DNA of 64,000 nt from Psammoneis japonica (lineage: Eukaryota). The stretch spans positions 1 through 64,000 of the forward strand of contig QPGO01000197.1 of the NCBI GenBank assembly GCA_008632985.1. The letters run 5' to 3'. Both the position numbers and the translations under genes were made by a program. This document shows positions 37,380-51,560 of the stretch, piece by piece; position 1 is the first letter of the stretch, and every line of letters starts with the position of its first letter. The notes beneath the pieces are model-generated. The model ran no database searches. It had not been told where the DNA came from and was given only the letters and a program-made list of their open reading frames with translations.

Positions 37380-38486
37380 ATGGCCAGGACACACGACGAT
37401 TCCTTGCTTGATTGGTGTCTAAAGGACGACGACGAATCAGACACGGAGAGTAGTAAAGTCTCGAGTGATTGGTGTTCGCAGTACGAAGAACCGCATGAAG
37501 AGGATTCCTATCCTCCCATGGAAGTGAGTATTGTCAAGGATCACGTGAATAGTGAACCGACGGAAAAGGAAGACACACCAGAGGAAACCCCAAAGGTCCA
37601 CACGATTGAAGATCACCTTGAAACCTTCAATAATGTCGTCGACAAGGCGTTGGAATGGTCCAGCAAGAAGCCCTACCTCCAAGATCTCTTTGCCGGATGG
37701 CTCGAGGGCCATGATGTCGAGACGCAAAACAAGCTCATTCGCGAAACGAAACGCAAGTGGTGGAACGGCACTCAATCTCCCGATGTAGTGCGCAACGAGC
37801 TTAGTCAAGCCGTCTTTGGTGCCGTTGCCATTGCCGTGAATGCTCCCACGGACAAGAGGTGGACGTCGGAACGCATGCGTGAACCAACCTTTCCACTCAC
37901 GCTCTTGCTACGAAATGGCGCTGATCCTTCCGCCCTTTCAGATCCGGGTCCTGACGGAGGTACGGCTTTACACTGGTTGGCAGACATGTCGCCCCACGAT
38001 GAAAAGGATGGCCCTGAATTACGAGATCGTCACGTGACGCTGGGTCGCATCCTCTTGGAGCATGGTGCCGACGTGAATGCCCGCATGGGTGAAAACATGG
38101 ACCGTGCCACGCCACTCCACAAGGCGTGCTCGAGCCGCGCAGGGGTCAATATTCCCTTTTTGGACTTGCTTCTTCAGCACGGTGCCAATGTCAACGCGCT
38201 TACCATGGAGGGATGGACCTTTCTCATGTACTCGGTTCCATTCAACATCAACGGAGCGTGGCACATTATCAATGCCGCCGAAAAACAGCTAAACAAGCAG
38301 CTCTTTATCTATGAGATTGAAGAGGCCCTTGTAGCGGAACGCATCGATTACCTTCGGCTCAAGTACAATTTGAGCCAGGAGATTACTAGCATGCTTGTCA
38401 TGATTCTCGGCGATCTTCGAGAAGAGCTTGAAGATGAAGATAAAGTCGAGGAAGAAGACACCAATACCGCAATGATTACAGCTTGA
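37380..38486 (+). CDS. Ankyrin-repeat protein with acidic termini
   Basis: GGTALHWLA, LLEHGADVNA, ATPLHKAC, LLLQHGANVNA. Confidence 0.9.
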   Translation: MARTHDDSLLDWCLKDDDESDTESSKVSSDWCSQYEEPHEEDSYPPMEVSIVKDHVNSEPTEKEDTPEETPKVHTIEDHLETFNNVVDKALEWSSKKPYLQDLFAGWLEGHDVETQNKLIRETKRKWWNGTQSPDVVRNELSQAVFGAVAIAVNAPTDKRWTSERMREPTFPLTLLLRNGADPSALSDPGPDGGTALHWLADMSPHDEKDGPELRDRHVTLGRILLEHGADVNARMGENMDRATPLHKACSSRAGVNIPFLDLLLQHGANVNALTMEGWTFLMYSVPFNINGAWHIINAAEKQLNKQLFIYEIEEALVAERIDYLRLKYNLSQEITSMLVMILGDLREELEDEDKVEEEDTNTAMITA

Positions 38487-38706
38487 GTCGCTCTCAATCC
38501 AGGCAAGAGCTTCAGGTAGCTCAGGGAATAGAAATTATCGATCATTGACGGGCTTTGAGAACAAGGCAACGAAAGAAAAAAAAATCAATAACTACTGCAC
38601 GTAATACATGATTGAATTTTATATGAAAATCAAAGAAGTTTCTTTCAAGGACAGTACACATATCTAACATGCCACCCACCGTTGCCGGGGTTTTCTACAC
38701 GGGCGA

Positions 38707-39534
38707 TCATTCTTCTTTCTCGTTTTTGGCATTCCAAAGCTTCTGCTTTATAGATTTCCAGGCTTGCTCACATTCTAATTCTTCTGGACACAAGTCTCGA
38801 GCATGCTGCAATGCTTCATTCAAGTCGCCCGCTACCAGTTCGCTCGAAGCTAGGTCTTCCGGACACAGCTCCTTGGCGCTCTTTGTGACTTGATCCCATT
38901 TTATACTTCCCTGTTCGTCTATGAGACTTTCTGGCAATAGTCCCGAAACGCCGTCTTGAACTCCAACAATATCAGCAACCTCTTTAGCTTCCTGCTTGAC
39001 TTGCTTCCAGTCGACCTGGTCCATCCCCTCGCGAACTTGCTGGCGCACCTCCTTCCAATCCACTTCTTTCAAGCTATCCTTGACATCTCGTTGAACCTCT
39101 TTCCAATCCACCTTCTCCAGGTCATCTTTGACATCCTTTCTCACTTGTTTCCAGTCCACCTCGTCCAAGCCTTCCTTGACTTCTTTCTTTATCTTCTTCC
39201 AATCTTGCTCTTTCGACCAATGCTTGAGAGGTGTCCAGACTTGCGCTTCCCATTCAACCGATGCAGCCCACTCTTTGAGTGTGTGCATTACATTATACTC
39301 TTTCGTCCATCTTGTCAAGAACTTAAAACACTCAATTGGATGAATCTGAAAAGCCACTTGGGATTGTCCGGTTTCCTTGTTGGCAACTTCGACAACCTCA
39401 ATTCCCTTAAATTCGACAGCAGCAGGTTGAGGTGCGACAGGTACGGCGCTGGGAACTTCTGAAGCATCCTTCCTTGTTGACTTGGTTGGGTTAGCTGATG
39501 CCATGGTCCAAACAAAAGGTAGTTTCCATTGCAT
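38707..39534 (-). CDS. Hydrophilic protein with five 16-aa amphipathic DWK repeats
   Basis: 275-aa ORF with repeats DWKxVxxxVKxxLxxV. Confidence 0.8.
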   Translation of the reverse strand: MQWKLPFVWTMASANPTKSTRKDASEVPSAVPVAPQPAAVEFKGIEVVEVANKETGQSQVAFQIHPIECFKFLTRWTKEYNVMHTLKEWAASVEWEAQVWTPLKHWSKEQDWKKIKKEVKEGLDEVDWKQVRKDVKDDLEKVDWKEVQRDVKDSLKEVDWKEVRQQVREGMDQVDWKQVKQEAKEVADIVGVQDGVSGLLPESLIDEQGSIKWDQVTKSAKELCPEDLASSELVAGDLNEALQHARDLCPEELECEQAWKSIKQKLWNAKNEKEE

Positions 39535-39696
39535 TGTAATTTTGTGTGGGATTACGAACAGTCGGGAACATCAGAGATTAAATCGTGCTTCGCGCAAAAC
39601 GCGACTCACCTCGCGAGCCCTATTATTTGTATCCAAAGCGAGGGACTACTCGAATCATCCCCACTCAGCGACACCACATCGCAAGGAAGCATAGAA

Positions 39697-41521
39697 TCAC
39701 ACAATGGTTGTATCTTGGTAAAGTTCGTCGATGGTCCGATTATTCAGCAATGCAACATCACGATCCAACCGAGCTTTCGTGAGATTCAGACCGTGATAGG
39801 TCGTCATGTCCCGGAGAGATTTTCTCAGTATGTTGTTGCTGAGCGCCCTTCTGCGACCATTTTCATCTTTGGCATAGACAAAGGCGGGTGGATCTTTTGT
39901 CTTCTTGTATAGAATCAAGTTGATACCTACATGAGTATACCGTTTCAAAGGGAATTTCCCCCACGAAACCGGTGGAATGGCTGGGACCACGTCCTCTTGA
40001 TTTGAAACGCGAAGGTACCGGATCAAGTTGTTCTTCTCAAGGACAGAGAAGGCGTAGCGGAATTCCTGGGTCCCCACCCTTGGTGAGCCGAATGTGATGC
40101 AGCGCACCGGCTTGGGGATCCATGCATCGTTGGTACCCGACAGCTTGAAAGAAGCCAAGGTAGCCAACGCGCCTCCCAATGAATGACCAGCAACGTACAA
40201 ATTGTAGTTTTTGTTTTCTTTTAAAAGACTATCAAGCTTGTTCTTGAGCTTATTGTACATCTGAGATCGTCCCAACTTGTCCGTATTGTTGAACAAATAT
40301 TCTTTGGAAGGGAATCGCGATATCGTGAGTGTCATGATTATCAGGTATATCCGCTCGTCCCAGTGGCACTCACCATGAAAGCCTTGATGGACTTGAACAG
40401 TCGTTTTGTTTTTGGCATGATTTAACACCGGAGGGATTTCCATATCTGCTAGACCCACTTGGCGGTTTCGGACCCAATCCCTACCTAAGTCGGCAGGTGA
40501 TGGGAAAACTGCACGCACTTGAACATGAGGGATGAAACTGAGTGAACCTGCAGATTATTCGACGATCTCTAAGACTTACTTTTTCCGACAGAGCCCCGAA
40601 ACGTAACAATGTAACTTCGACGATTACTAAAAGCGAACCAATTATCGGTGAGTTTCCAGTCCATCATGAAACACAACGAAAGGAGGGACTTTGAGCGCAG
40701 CCACATGCACTTACTCGTCGCGAACAATCCCAGCAACGCATTCTGTTCGCTGGTACCAGCTCTCAAACATTTCAATCCAAATGCTCTCCAATTCATCCCT
40801 TCCCTTTATGTCCTCAATGAGCTTCATTTCAAATGGGTCAGCTAGTCCTTTTTTCGTCAAGAACTCTCCAAACATCGAAAGCCAAAAGACCACATCGCGA
40901 AACGAAATTGGAGGCTGTTTTTCTTCCTCTCTCAGTTTTTCAAAAACCTCTCCTAAGATGTCAGTCGATAGCTTGTCAATGATCACATTCGCCGGGTTGA
41001 GGTTGCTTCCTTTGTCGCTCGGAAGGATTGCTTCAAGGATCCCTGTCACCTCCTCGACTATCGGTTCCTTAGAAATCTCCTTTAATTTCCGTAACCCTGC
41101 CAAGATAGCCTCGTTCACATCAGATCCTGGCTCTACCATCTTTATCACCGCCTCCATCTCCTTCGAGTTATCGGATGTTTCTTGCATCAAAGACTCTTTC
41201 AGCGCTTCTTTCGCCATATCGTAGTCCGTGTAGGTAGCATTGACCAGTCTGCCAAACATGTAAACCAGTTGGGAGGCTGTGTACTAGAAAAAGTTAGCCA
41301 ACCGAGGGTATGAAAATCATAGATAAATACGAATCATACGTACCATAAAGCATACGAGTGGCCTCATTGTGCAGATCGTGCAAAGGTTGAGTCGTTTGGG
41401 GAACAGAGGGCGGGGGATCTATCAGACTGAATCCATCGAATCTGGACGATTCTTCTTCTGGCGACGACGCCGAAACGGCGGAAAGGAGGACCAAGGACAA
41501 ACCCAATGCTTTGAAGAACAT
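39697..41521 (-). CDS. Secreted class 3 lipase, multi-exon
   Basis: Signal peptide MFFKALGLSLVLLSAVSA. Intron 41343-41277 restores MLYASQLVY. Motifs IVTFRGS, VHQGF, AGHSLGGALA, TFGSPRVG, DVVP. Further introns near 40714, 40580 and 40370. Confidence 0.9.
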
Positions 41522-42804
41522 TGTTTATTGGCTGCCGGGGAGTTGGAGAAGTCAGTACGCGTGTGAAAACAGACCTTGTCATGCTCTACGTACAAAAGAG
41601 TGATGCGAGATTGCTTGATGTCATGGCTTTTTTGGAAAGATCGCCTCATGCGCATGTCGCGGGAAGCGGCCTTTCACCTTTCAGAAATATGCCGCCTCAA
41701 ACGTACCAGATCCAACGTAAGTCTACAGTAAGTAGAATGTTACGACATACATACAACAAAAGAAACCCGGATTGGCCCATACGTACTCGCCCCCAGTCAC
41801 CAGCGCGCGTGAGAAGCAAGCAGGCTCAAACGTGCCATTCTCAAATTTTCTCGGTTTGGGTTGCAACACACACTTCGCTGCTCTGCCGAACAAAAAGAAC
41901 AAATATATCGAGACGCGCACATGGTCGATCGAATCTCTTGCCATTCATAAAATCTGCTTGTGGATTGTCGTACAAAGCGCGATTGCCAAAGGTGCGTAAA
42001 ATTTCGTCCAGTCTCGCCAGATTCACGAATGATGAGACGTGTTTGTTCCGTGTTCGCGAAGCACCGCTTGTGCTGCGACGATTTCTTTCAGCTCCATGAA
42101 AAACTACACATCATACACATAACTTCCTGTTGCTTCATTTAATCTATTCGCTTTGTTGCCGATTGGATCGTTGCCTCATTCATTCACGACACGATCCTGG
42201 ATCGTTCAACACGCGGCGATTTTTTCGTGAAAATCTTCAACGCGACAAAACCGGCGCGCACCCAATCAAATCGTGACACCCACCTCCTACGTGGCGATTT
42301 TTCTCAATTTTTGAAACTTCAGACACGACTTGGACGGTGTTTCTGTGATTTTAGTCTTGTTTTTGAAAATTTGGACATATCGAAGGGGACTCTTTGTCTT
42401 TATTACATGCAAACATGTATAATGATAATTGGTTGACAACCCAAAACTTGTTAAATGCGATACGTCATCGCTTCTGCGATCTTGTTCAGCTTGCAGTTTT
42501 GATTTTTTTGGATTGGAGTTTTTGCGTGATTTCCGGAATTTCGTTTGGTTTTGCCGCCTTTTTCGACCGATTACGTCACTCGATGTGATTCGCTACTTGA
42601 CGTCATTTGTTTCCGTTCAATATATATTTTATTTATTCACTTTCTGAAAATCGTCATGCTTACTTATGGCTTTCGATGTCGCGCTTTTTTATTCTTGCAG
42701 ACCAAAACAGAACAATTTCGCCTCCACATCAGCCCAGAACAGAACGACGACACGGTGATTATTTTCTTTTCTCATCAACATTCTCATGCTACCAAGGGTT
42801 CACC

Positions 42805-45800
42805 ATGAACTCCAATCAGACCATGTCGACTCATATAACACCCGATAACAATGGTGGGAATCGGGTGAAAATGGTGGCTGGCTACGCGCTGCAACAACGT
42901 CTCGGATCAGGCTCGTTTGCAACTGTATATAAAGGTGTCAAGGTCGAAGCCCTACCATCGCCAACCGACGAAGACACGGTGGCCATAAAGGCGATTACGA
43001 GATCAAGCGAAAAACTGACAAAGAAAGTTATGGAGAATTTAGAAATGGAAATCTCCATTCTGCGGACTTATCGACATCCCAATATTGTTTGTCTGCACGA
43101 TGTACAAAAAACAGAACGGCACTTTTATTTAATTTTAGAATACTGCGGCGGAGGCGACGTGCAACGGCTTATACGCACCCGCAAAACGGGTCGATTGACG
43201 GAACGACTCACGAGGCGACTTGTACGAGATTTGGCGTCTGGTCTACAATTCCTCTGGGGCCAGGAGCTGATTCACCGAGATATCAAACCTCAGAATTTGT
43301 TGCTTTCCGGCCCACTGCCTCTGGATGAGCTGCACGACCCTGCCAAACTGGAGGCTCATGAAGATGCAAGGCGTCAAGCTAACTTTCCTTCTTCCAAGTT
43401 TGCTTTGAAAATTGCTGATTTTGGATTTGCTAGACATTTACAGACGGCTTCTCTGGCTGAAACTCTTTGCGGTTCGCCGCTGTATATGGCGCCCGAAATT
43501 CTGCAGCATCACAGGTATGTTCGCTCGGGATGAATTACATGATGTTTTTTATGTCTTTTAAATTTCTCTCACAACTTCGCGTTGCTTTGCATCGTTAGAT
43601 ACGACGCCAAGGCTGACTTGTGGAGCGTCGGGACGGTTCTGTTTGAAATGATTTCCGGTCGCCCACCCTTTCATGGTGAGAACCACATTGACTTGTTACG
43701 CAACATTCAACGCAAGGCTGTGCGTCTTCCACCTGATGTACGAGTGAGCAAGGAGTGTGTCACCATGTTACGATTGCTTCTGAATCGTAATCCTCTGAGT
43801 CGCGCTGGATTCAAGGAGTTTTTCGAAGCGGCGAATGCCTTTGTGGCGTTGGGCTGCGAGGGTGAGGGAAGTGTTGCTGTTGGGGAGAAATTACAAGAAC
43901 AACAAGGAAGCTTCCCGCAACCGAAAATGGATCTTGGTACAATACCAGAAGGCGATCCGTCTTCAGCAAATCATGGAACAGCGGCCAGCATGATGACGGT
44001 GCAAACTACTGCGAATCCTCCTGCTGCGGCAGCACCGACAAACTTTGTGACTCCTCCTCTGGGTCCGACCCCAGCTCCACCTGTTGCGCCCGCTCCAAGC
44101 TTACCGCTGGAACCGAATCAATTCCAGCAGCAGCAAGTTGCACAAGTACAAACGAGTGCTCCTCTGGCAATGATGAAGCCGTCGCCATATCATGGCTTTG
44201 CTCCTTTGGAGCCGAGTCCCCCAAGTGATGGATTGATTAGCGGCACACACGTCATTTCGAACAAATCACCTCCATTTCCGAGCTTGGAAAGTAGAATTTC
44301 CGGTCGACCGCAGTTACCGCCGGTCCCCTATCAAAAGGCAGAGTCGCCTCCACATTCGGGCAATTCAGGTACTCCACCCGGCGGAAGATCTCAGAACTCG
44401 AGTGACGACAGCGGCTTTGTCATGGTTGAGAAGAGTGCTTCGCAGTCGCCATCCACTTCAGTTGTTCGGACAACGACAACAACGCCCACCTCCTCGAGAT
44501 ACTACTCGAACGCGCAGTCTCGAGGAGACTCGTATCTTGTCGTGAACGAGAAACAGAGCAGCCCTCACGTGCCCAAGGGCATGCTGAGCACGAGTCCAGG
44601 TACTGGCGGCGCTCTTGTCGAGATGCTGGGCGCCCCTGCCCGTCTCATGAATGAAAGTGTGAGCAGTAGTCCCACTCGAATAGATTCGCAGTTGGGAAAG
44701 ATTAGTAAAACTCTAACAACAGCCGAAGATGTTGGAAGACGGGCCGTGAGCGTGGCACATTTGGGTGACACACGTGCCTACATGGCGATGCGAATGGTAA
44801 TGATGAACGAAGAGGGGTCGTCCATTTTGTCCTCCACTCCAATGGAAGGAGTAGAAGAGGCAAGTGACGAGCACAGTAGCGCCGCCGTGACAGACTGTGA
44901 AGAGAATGGGTCTTGCTCCACCGAAACAGAAAAGGCTGCCCCATCTCGTCGGGGATCGATATCGTCTGATCGAACCATGACGGAAGCAAAGCAGGAAGAG
45001 GAGGACGACGAGGAAATGCCCTTTGCAATCGCTCCTCAGGATCCTCCAAAGGCATCAGAAATCCCAGTTAGAGTAAGTGTTTCCAGCTTGCCCCAGGGCG
45101 ACAGGAGCAGAGCATCGAGCAAGTCGTCTGTACCGGTAAAACCCAGTCCCAAGGTGATCCAGTCCCATTTCAGAGAGGCGTTGTCGTGCTATTTGAAGGC
45201 TTTATCCATGTTGAAGGGTAGCGTTAGTGCCGCACAGAGAGTGAGGCTCGATCTTGACACCCTCAGCAGCGCTCCACTGACAACGGATCAACGAACTTGT
45301 CTAGATGGCATTCGTAAACGATGCGAAGTCACGTCAACTTGGCTCTCGGGTCAATTCACCGGAGTATTAGAACGTGCCGACGCAGCAAATGTCGAGGTTG
45401 GTAAGGTTCCCACATCCCAACCTGTTGCTGACCGAACTGTGGCAGTTCCGGCGCCGCTACCACCCACAGTGAGTGTGGAGGAGCTGATTTACAATCACGC
45501 CTTGGCCTGCGGTCGTGATGGAGCCGTAAAGCAATTGCTAGGCCAGAACGAAGCTGCTCGGACTTGCTATCGATCTGCTGGTTTGTTGGCAGAAGCTCTC
45601 TTGATGGAACCCAAACTTGAAAGCGATGATAGGAAGATTCTGGAAGGGTACGTCGATGGTTTTGCCGCTCGAATCACTGAATTGGATGAAATAATGCTCC
45701 AGCAAAGTCGAACAAGCAGCAGTGGTCCTGGTAGTAGTTTAGGATGGTCTCGAAGAGGGTCAGGAGTGATTGGGCTGATAGGCGGCCTTAATCCTCCAAC

Positions 45801-45840
45801 TGGTTACGGTGTTCCCGGTTCAGCTCGAAAGCTTGTTTAG
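42805..45840 (+). CDS. ATG1: Autophagy Ser/Thr kinase ATG1/ULK
   Basis: GSGSFATVY, VAIK, HRDIKPQN, DFGFAR, TLCGSPLYMAPE. GT-AG intron 43515-43598 joins HHR-YDAKADLWS. AIM-like DDSGFVMV. C-terminal MIT-like helices. Confidence 0.92.
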
Positions 45841-46021
45841 TCTAACTAGTAGCGCAAACACATGCACATACGAGACGTAGTAACAACTACATGCAAAGGT
45901 ACTTTGTACTACTAGTAGAATCCCGTCTACACTCTATGGTATTCGTTTCTGACAGTTCCACTTTCACTAAGATGACAGCACTAAGATGCAGTGTCAAACG
46001 CACCTATGCGTTTGTGGACGC

Positions 46022-49000
46022 CTACCACGTACACCGAGTGCAGCAGGAGCACGAGAGCGACGGATTTGATCCATCGCACGTTGCTTGAAAAGTGGAGAGA
46101 CTAAACGAACGCAGAGAACAAATCGAGCCTGGTACCGTTCCGGATAGATCATTCTGAAGAAGTCTGAGAGACTTGAGACTTTCTAGCCGCCCGAGTTCAT
46201 GTGGTATTTTACCAGTCAGCTGTTATCAAAGGCAAGCACACAAGGTGTTAGAAATATGGAGCAAGAGTATCATCAGGCATGCCACTCACTATTCGTACAA
46301 ACTCACATTGTTGTCATCAAGCCAAAGTTTCTCGAGCTTGTACATTTCCGACAGGACCAACGGTATGCTACCACTCAGCTTGTTGCGCTCCAGGCGCAAT
46401 TCTCGCAGGGTCGGCGTTCTCTTGGCTTCCACAATGTATGGAATCGAGCCAGTGAATTCGTTGTTATCCAAGTGAATCTCTTCCAGAACGGGGGATTTGC
46501 ACTCTGGAATGGCACCCTCCAATCTGTTTTCGTGCAAGTGAAGAATTCGTAATTTCTGGTGTTCTTCCAAAGCCACCGGCAGCGTACCTCGAATGCCATT
46601 GTTCCCCATGGTGAGAACTTCCACATTCAAAAGTCGATCAAGACTCTCGGGAAACTCACCCGACAAATTGTTATTGTTCAGACGCAAATACACCAGGTTG
46701 GTTAGTTTTTCCAAATTGGGAATGGACCCCTCCAACGAGTTGTTGCCCAGGTCCACATTGACGAGGCTCGTCAAATCGTTTAGTTCCGCAGGTATTTCTC
46801 CGTCTAGATAGTTGTAATCCATAAAGAGAGTGTGGAGATGCGACAGCTCGGAAAGCGTTGTTGGGATGTTTCCACTCAGAAAATTGTCATTCAAGTGAAG
46901 CTGCGTGAGATTGCGGAGCTTGGCGATTTCTTTTGGGATCGGTCCATGAAGATCGTTGGATCTCAAATTGATATACGTGACTTCGTGTGTCAACGTAGTG
47001 CCATCACGCGTCGGGTCACTGCCATCGTCACCGCACATGATACCAAACCACGTACACTCGTGTTGTGACGAAAGCCAATTCTCCTTGACAAACCAATCCT
47101 TGTTGTCTCCCGTCGTGGAATAGTACAGCGTCGCCAACACATAACGTTGCATGACTCGGTGTTCCGACAAGTAACTTTCCTTGTCTTGCAGCACGTCTCG
47201 ATCCAACCATGCCATGGCTTGTCCTTGGGGTGTATTGGGATCATTCAATTCGTAGAGTGGCGTCACTTGACCCAAAAGTTGCTTGAGATTCTCCAACTTC
47301 CACGGCGTCGTGACTTGATTTGGATCATCCACTCCGTCGACAAACTCGGGTGGAGTCGATGGGTTGGGACGCGTCGGTTCCGAACGAGGACCGTACCGAG
47401 ATTCCCAAGCCGATTCGGATGACGAGTCCTTGTTGTATTGTACAATCAAAACAGTCGTCAAGGCCAAAATGGTGACAAGAATGGAACCCAACAAGAGAAT
47501 AGCCAATCGTCGTTGATTGAACCACCAATCACAACGGGCGCCACGAGAAAAAATGGAATGCTCTCCAAAGTTACGAAAGACACCTGCTGGGCGATTGTGA
47601 TTTGAATAATCTCCATCAGCACCCGTCGATGCCGTTGTCCGGTCGGTGCTTTGTTGTTCCACATTGTCACGGAGATAGGCCATGGTGGCGGCCGAACTCT
47701 TGCTTCCTCCAAAGAGTAATCGACTCACAATGTTGCGACGTGGTGGTGCACAAACATCTTCTCCGGGTGGAAAATCATTTTCACAAACCACCGCCAAGGC
47801 GTGATTATTAGTATCATCATTGGCTGACGATGATGCCGCCGGTGCAATGTTGGTCGTCATGGCGACACGTTCTTCTGCAGACGAATCGTTATTATTTGTT
47901 TTCCAAACAGAATCCGTCAATCTCGATCGGATCGAATTCAAAACACCACCACCACCACCAGAGGAATTCTTGTGATTGTGATAGACTCCGCCATGATTGG
48001 TCGTGGGTGGAGTAATGCCTGTTTCTTCCATGCGAGCAAAGATATCCCGGACATGCCTCGAACGATCATCTTCTTTATCCGAGTCCCATCCATCACCAAG
48101 ACGAGGACTGCTACCGCTGCTTGTGTTGGAGGATGCCGATCGTGTTTTCGGTTTGCTGCCATTGTTGTGTTCGGCGGCATTATCACCCATTTGTCTCATG
48201 ACCCAGTCATTCATGGCCATACTGTACGACTTGGGAGTGCGTTCGGAAAACATGTACTCGTTGGCTACATCCATGTTGAGTTCTTGTGGAGGTAACTTGC
48301 CGTGAGAAATGGCCGAACGACGAGTCGTACTACCCGCACCACTGCTGCGGCGACTAATGCTTGCACGGCTGTGTTGGGATGACGCATTAGTACTTTCCTC
48401 ACGTTTTCGTGTTGGTGATGCCGCCACACCGTTTTCATCAATCCCCGAGGGTGGAACGAGGGATTCTTCGAGCGGGACCGATTCGAGATGACTGCTCTTG
48501 ATGCGTGCCAAATTACCACGAAGCAAGGTCATTTCCGACATGCTCTTGTCATTGCCCCCCGCCTCCATGGCCAAGTCATCCATGTCATTCAAAAAGTCGT
48601 TGTTTCGTTCCCTTTTCGGATACGGAGCTCGCATCATGGTCATCATTTCGGCTGAATGAGATGTGCGATTGGTGGAGGAACTCATGCTGCTTCCGAGGGA
48701 ACTAATGGAAAAGACACTTCCATCATCATCGTCATCATCGTCCAACAGATCCTCACTTGAGGCTGAGAGTCGAGTCTTTTTCGTTTTGCTTCTGCGTCGA
48801 CTCGAACGGCGACTACTCGTCTTTTTGCGACTTTTCGTCGAGGATGGACGTTTTTCTTGCTCCTTGGCATCAAACGTGGACGGTTTCGCCTGTACAGCAC
48901 TCTGTATCAAATCGGGTGGAAGTGGAGATCCCTCTGGAACAGCCGAATTATCCATGCCGCCTTTTCGGTGAGACGCTCTCGAAGACGAGGAAGACCCTGG

Positions 49001-49033
49001 TAACGATGCTGATGCGCCCGGAGGTAAGTCCAT
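46022..49033 (-). CDS. Single-pass membrane LRR protein (long disordered N-terminus, TM, C-terminal LRRs)
   Basis: TM LAILLLGSILVTILALTTVLIV; QRYVLATLYYST..ECTWFGIMC cap; LxLxxNxLxGxIP repeats. Intron 46306-46220. Last exon ends CSCCTRCTW-stop at 46022. Confidence 0.9.
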
Positions 49034-49399
49034 GTTTTTGTTGTGTTTCAATCGACGACACGCCCGTGTGTTTATGAACACTATCTCCTTTCTCACGTGT
49101 TATAACAACACAAAATGACTGTTGTAGACCAAGATGGTAGTCCTACCAAACACTAAACCGGTGCTGTTTGCATACACACTTGAAAACAGCAACAGCACCA
49201 ACAGGTTGAGAGAGAACGCCTCGAGTTTTGGAAATTTTTGCTGGGTTCTTTTGCTCTTGCGAAGATAAGAACGCGCTGTACGGTCATGCCATAAGTGTTT
49301 CTACGTAGCGATTCTACGTGAGATGACCTGTTGGATAATGACTTGTGGGCATTTATAGCGAAATGACTCGTTGAACGACATTCTGAAAAATGATGAGAT

Positions 49400-51560
49400 G
49401 GCACGTCGATCGAAAACGCTCACACTTTTTGATGATTCTTTCCGCGTCGATTTTGGGCCTCCACAAAGGCGTTTCGTGGAGCTCATGACGATTGACAAGA
49501 AGCTTAAAAAAAAAAAGAGCTGTCCTTGGTGTTGGCAAAAAGAACAAGTCCCAGCATGGATGCTTGGACAAGAACTTCTTCCTCTCATGGAGTCACACAA
49601 AAGGTCGTGGGAGGCACATGCTGGCGCGCCATTTTCGTGTGGCAAAAGCAAGAAATTCAAAATGGCTGATGTCACACCATCCAAGCAGTGGTCTCAATGG
49701 TCACATTCAAAAGCAATTGAATTGAAAATTGAGTCAGGTTGCATTTGGTCTCTGAGACCTCATTTGCTTGCTGTGAAGTGCAGCAGAGCCCCATGCTGAG
49801 CGAGCTTGGCGTGCTCTCTCTTTGCAAGTTGTTCTTGCGCCAAGTCGCTCTGCACAAGAAGATGAGCAAGTGTCGCCATTGTTGAGACTGCCAGCTCTCA
49901 CTGTCAACAAATGACATGCTGCAGATTTTAGAGCAAAGGCATGGGGGGGCATTGTGGGTTCCCCCTGGAAGAAATGCACTGTGCAGAGCACAAGAGTGCA
50001 AAAAAAAAAAACAGCAAAAAACAAGAACACCTGTGCTGTGCTTGGCTCCAAACACATTTCTTCATGAAATGTGTGGGTGTCACATTTGTTCAATCATTCA
50101 ATCCCACATGCAACACTCAGCTGTGAAAAGCATTGTTGTTTGCAGGGTCCCCACAGGGGGTCCAGAGAGGTTCAAAAGTTTGGCTCTGCGCAGCCCCTGA
50201 TGCTCTGCAAACTTCTCTTGCTGGCATCTTGCACTGCTTGGAGGGGGGTTGCAAACTTTTCATGTGGGGTCCCTGGAGCGACACAAGTTTTTGCAGGACA
50301 GTTCCTGGTTGCAGTTCTGCAAGGAGAGAGAGGCAAGGTTCCCCTCTGTCACTTCCGCTGCTGCATGCTCCAGCACTGCTGGCTGGCCAAACACCAACTG
50401 CTCCAATGCCAACCACACTCTGCAAATTTCTTGTGCTCTTGTGTTCCTCCTGTGGAGGCTGTAAACTTTCTCTTGGGGGGGCCAGGGGGGTGCAAATTTT
50501 TGCATGGTTGCTCCCCTGCCTGATGCTCTGCAAACTTCTTGTGCTTGCACTCCTTGCTGGGGGCTGCAACCTGGAGGTGCAAAAACCTGGTGCTTTGCAA
50601 ACTTCTCATTTCATGCTTGCATTCCTGACTGCACTTTTGCCAGAGATGCAAGATCCTCTGTTGCTTCCAGTGTTGTCTGGCACAGTGCCAAAACTGGCCA
50701 AACGCTGACTGCTCTCCAGTGCCGCTGCAGTCACTCCAGTGCCTCTCCAGCCCCCTGATGCCAGCTGCTGCCACACCCTGTCTGCTCTGCAGTGCTGACC
50801 AATTCAGCACCAGTTGCTTGTCCCTGTGCCATCAACTCCAAGTGGTTGCTGCTCTTGCCCTGCCTGCAGCTTGTGCTGGCAGAGCTTTGCCGGGTGTGTC
50901 AGTGGCGAGCAGCCCACAGGTTTCAAACAAACCAATTTTTTTGCCTGACTGACAAGCAGCAAGCAACAGACAAACAATTCTCAGCATTGACTGCAGCAGC
51001 AGGAGGAACAACAACCGACATTCTTCACATCAGCTTTTGCCAAGCCAAGTGCGCACTTCTTGGGGCACACCCATCCTGTGCAGTTTGCTTGCACTGCACA
51101 GATGGATTGAGTGTGGACAGTGACCTGCAAGCTGCAGCTGGGCAGCTCTGGGCATGGAGTGGTTGTTGAAATGCATTGCTGAGAGATGACCGGCACAACA
51201 TTGCAGTGTTGCACATGTTTTGTGCTGTTCTGCACACTGCACATGAAAATCATTTCCATGTGCAAGAGCCAACAGACAAAAAATCAAAAAATCAAAATGT
51301 CAACACACACTCTCGCCAAATGAGCATGGCACAGCCCATTGCAGCTCTCATGCTTGTTCATCAAAACACCTCCCAAGCAACTCTCCAATGCAAACCTTTC
51401 CACATCTGAACACATGTGGCACACACCACATCAAAACACATCATGATGTGGTGATGATGTGCACCACCAACCGGCGCCCACAACAAAAAATGACAGATCT
51501 CACTGCCCCTTTCCACAGGGTGTGACACAACAAATTCAAATGCAAGCTCGAGGATCATCA
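49400..51560. mobile_element. Decayed repeat block, TpA- and CpG-depleted, with degenerate internal repeats
   Basis: About 3 TpA in 2.1 kb (49505, 49929, 50462). Recurrent TGCTCTGCAAACTTCT-like motif near 50200, 50415, 50525 and 50590. Confidence 0.55.
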
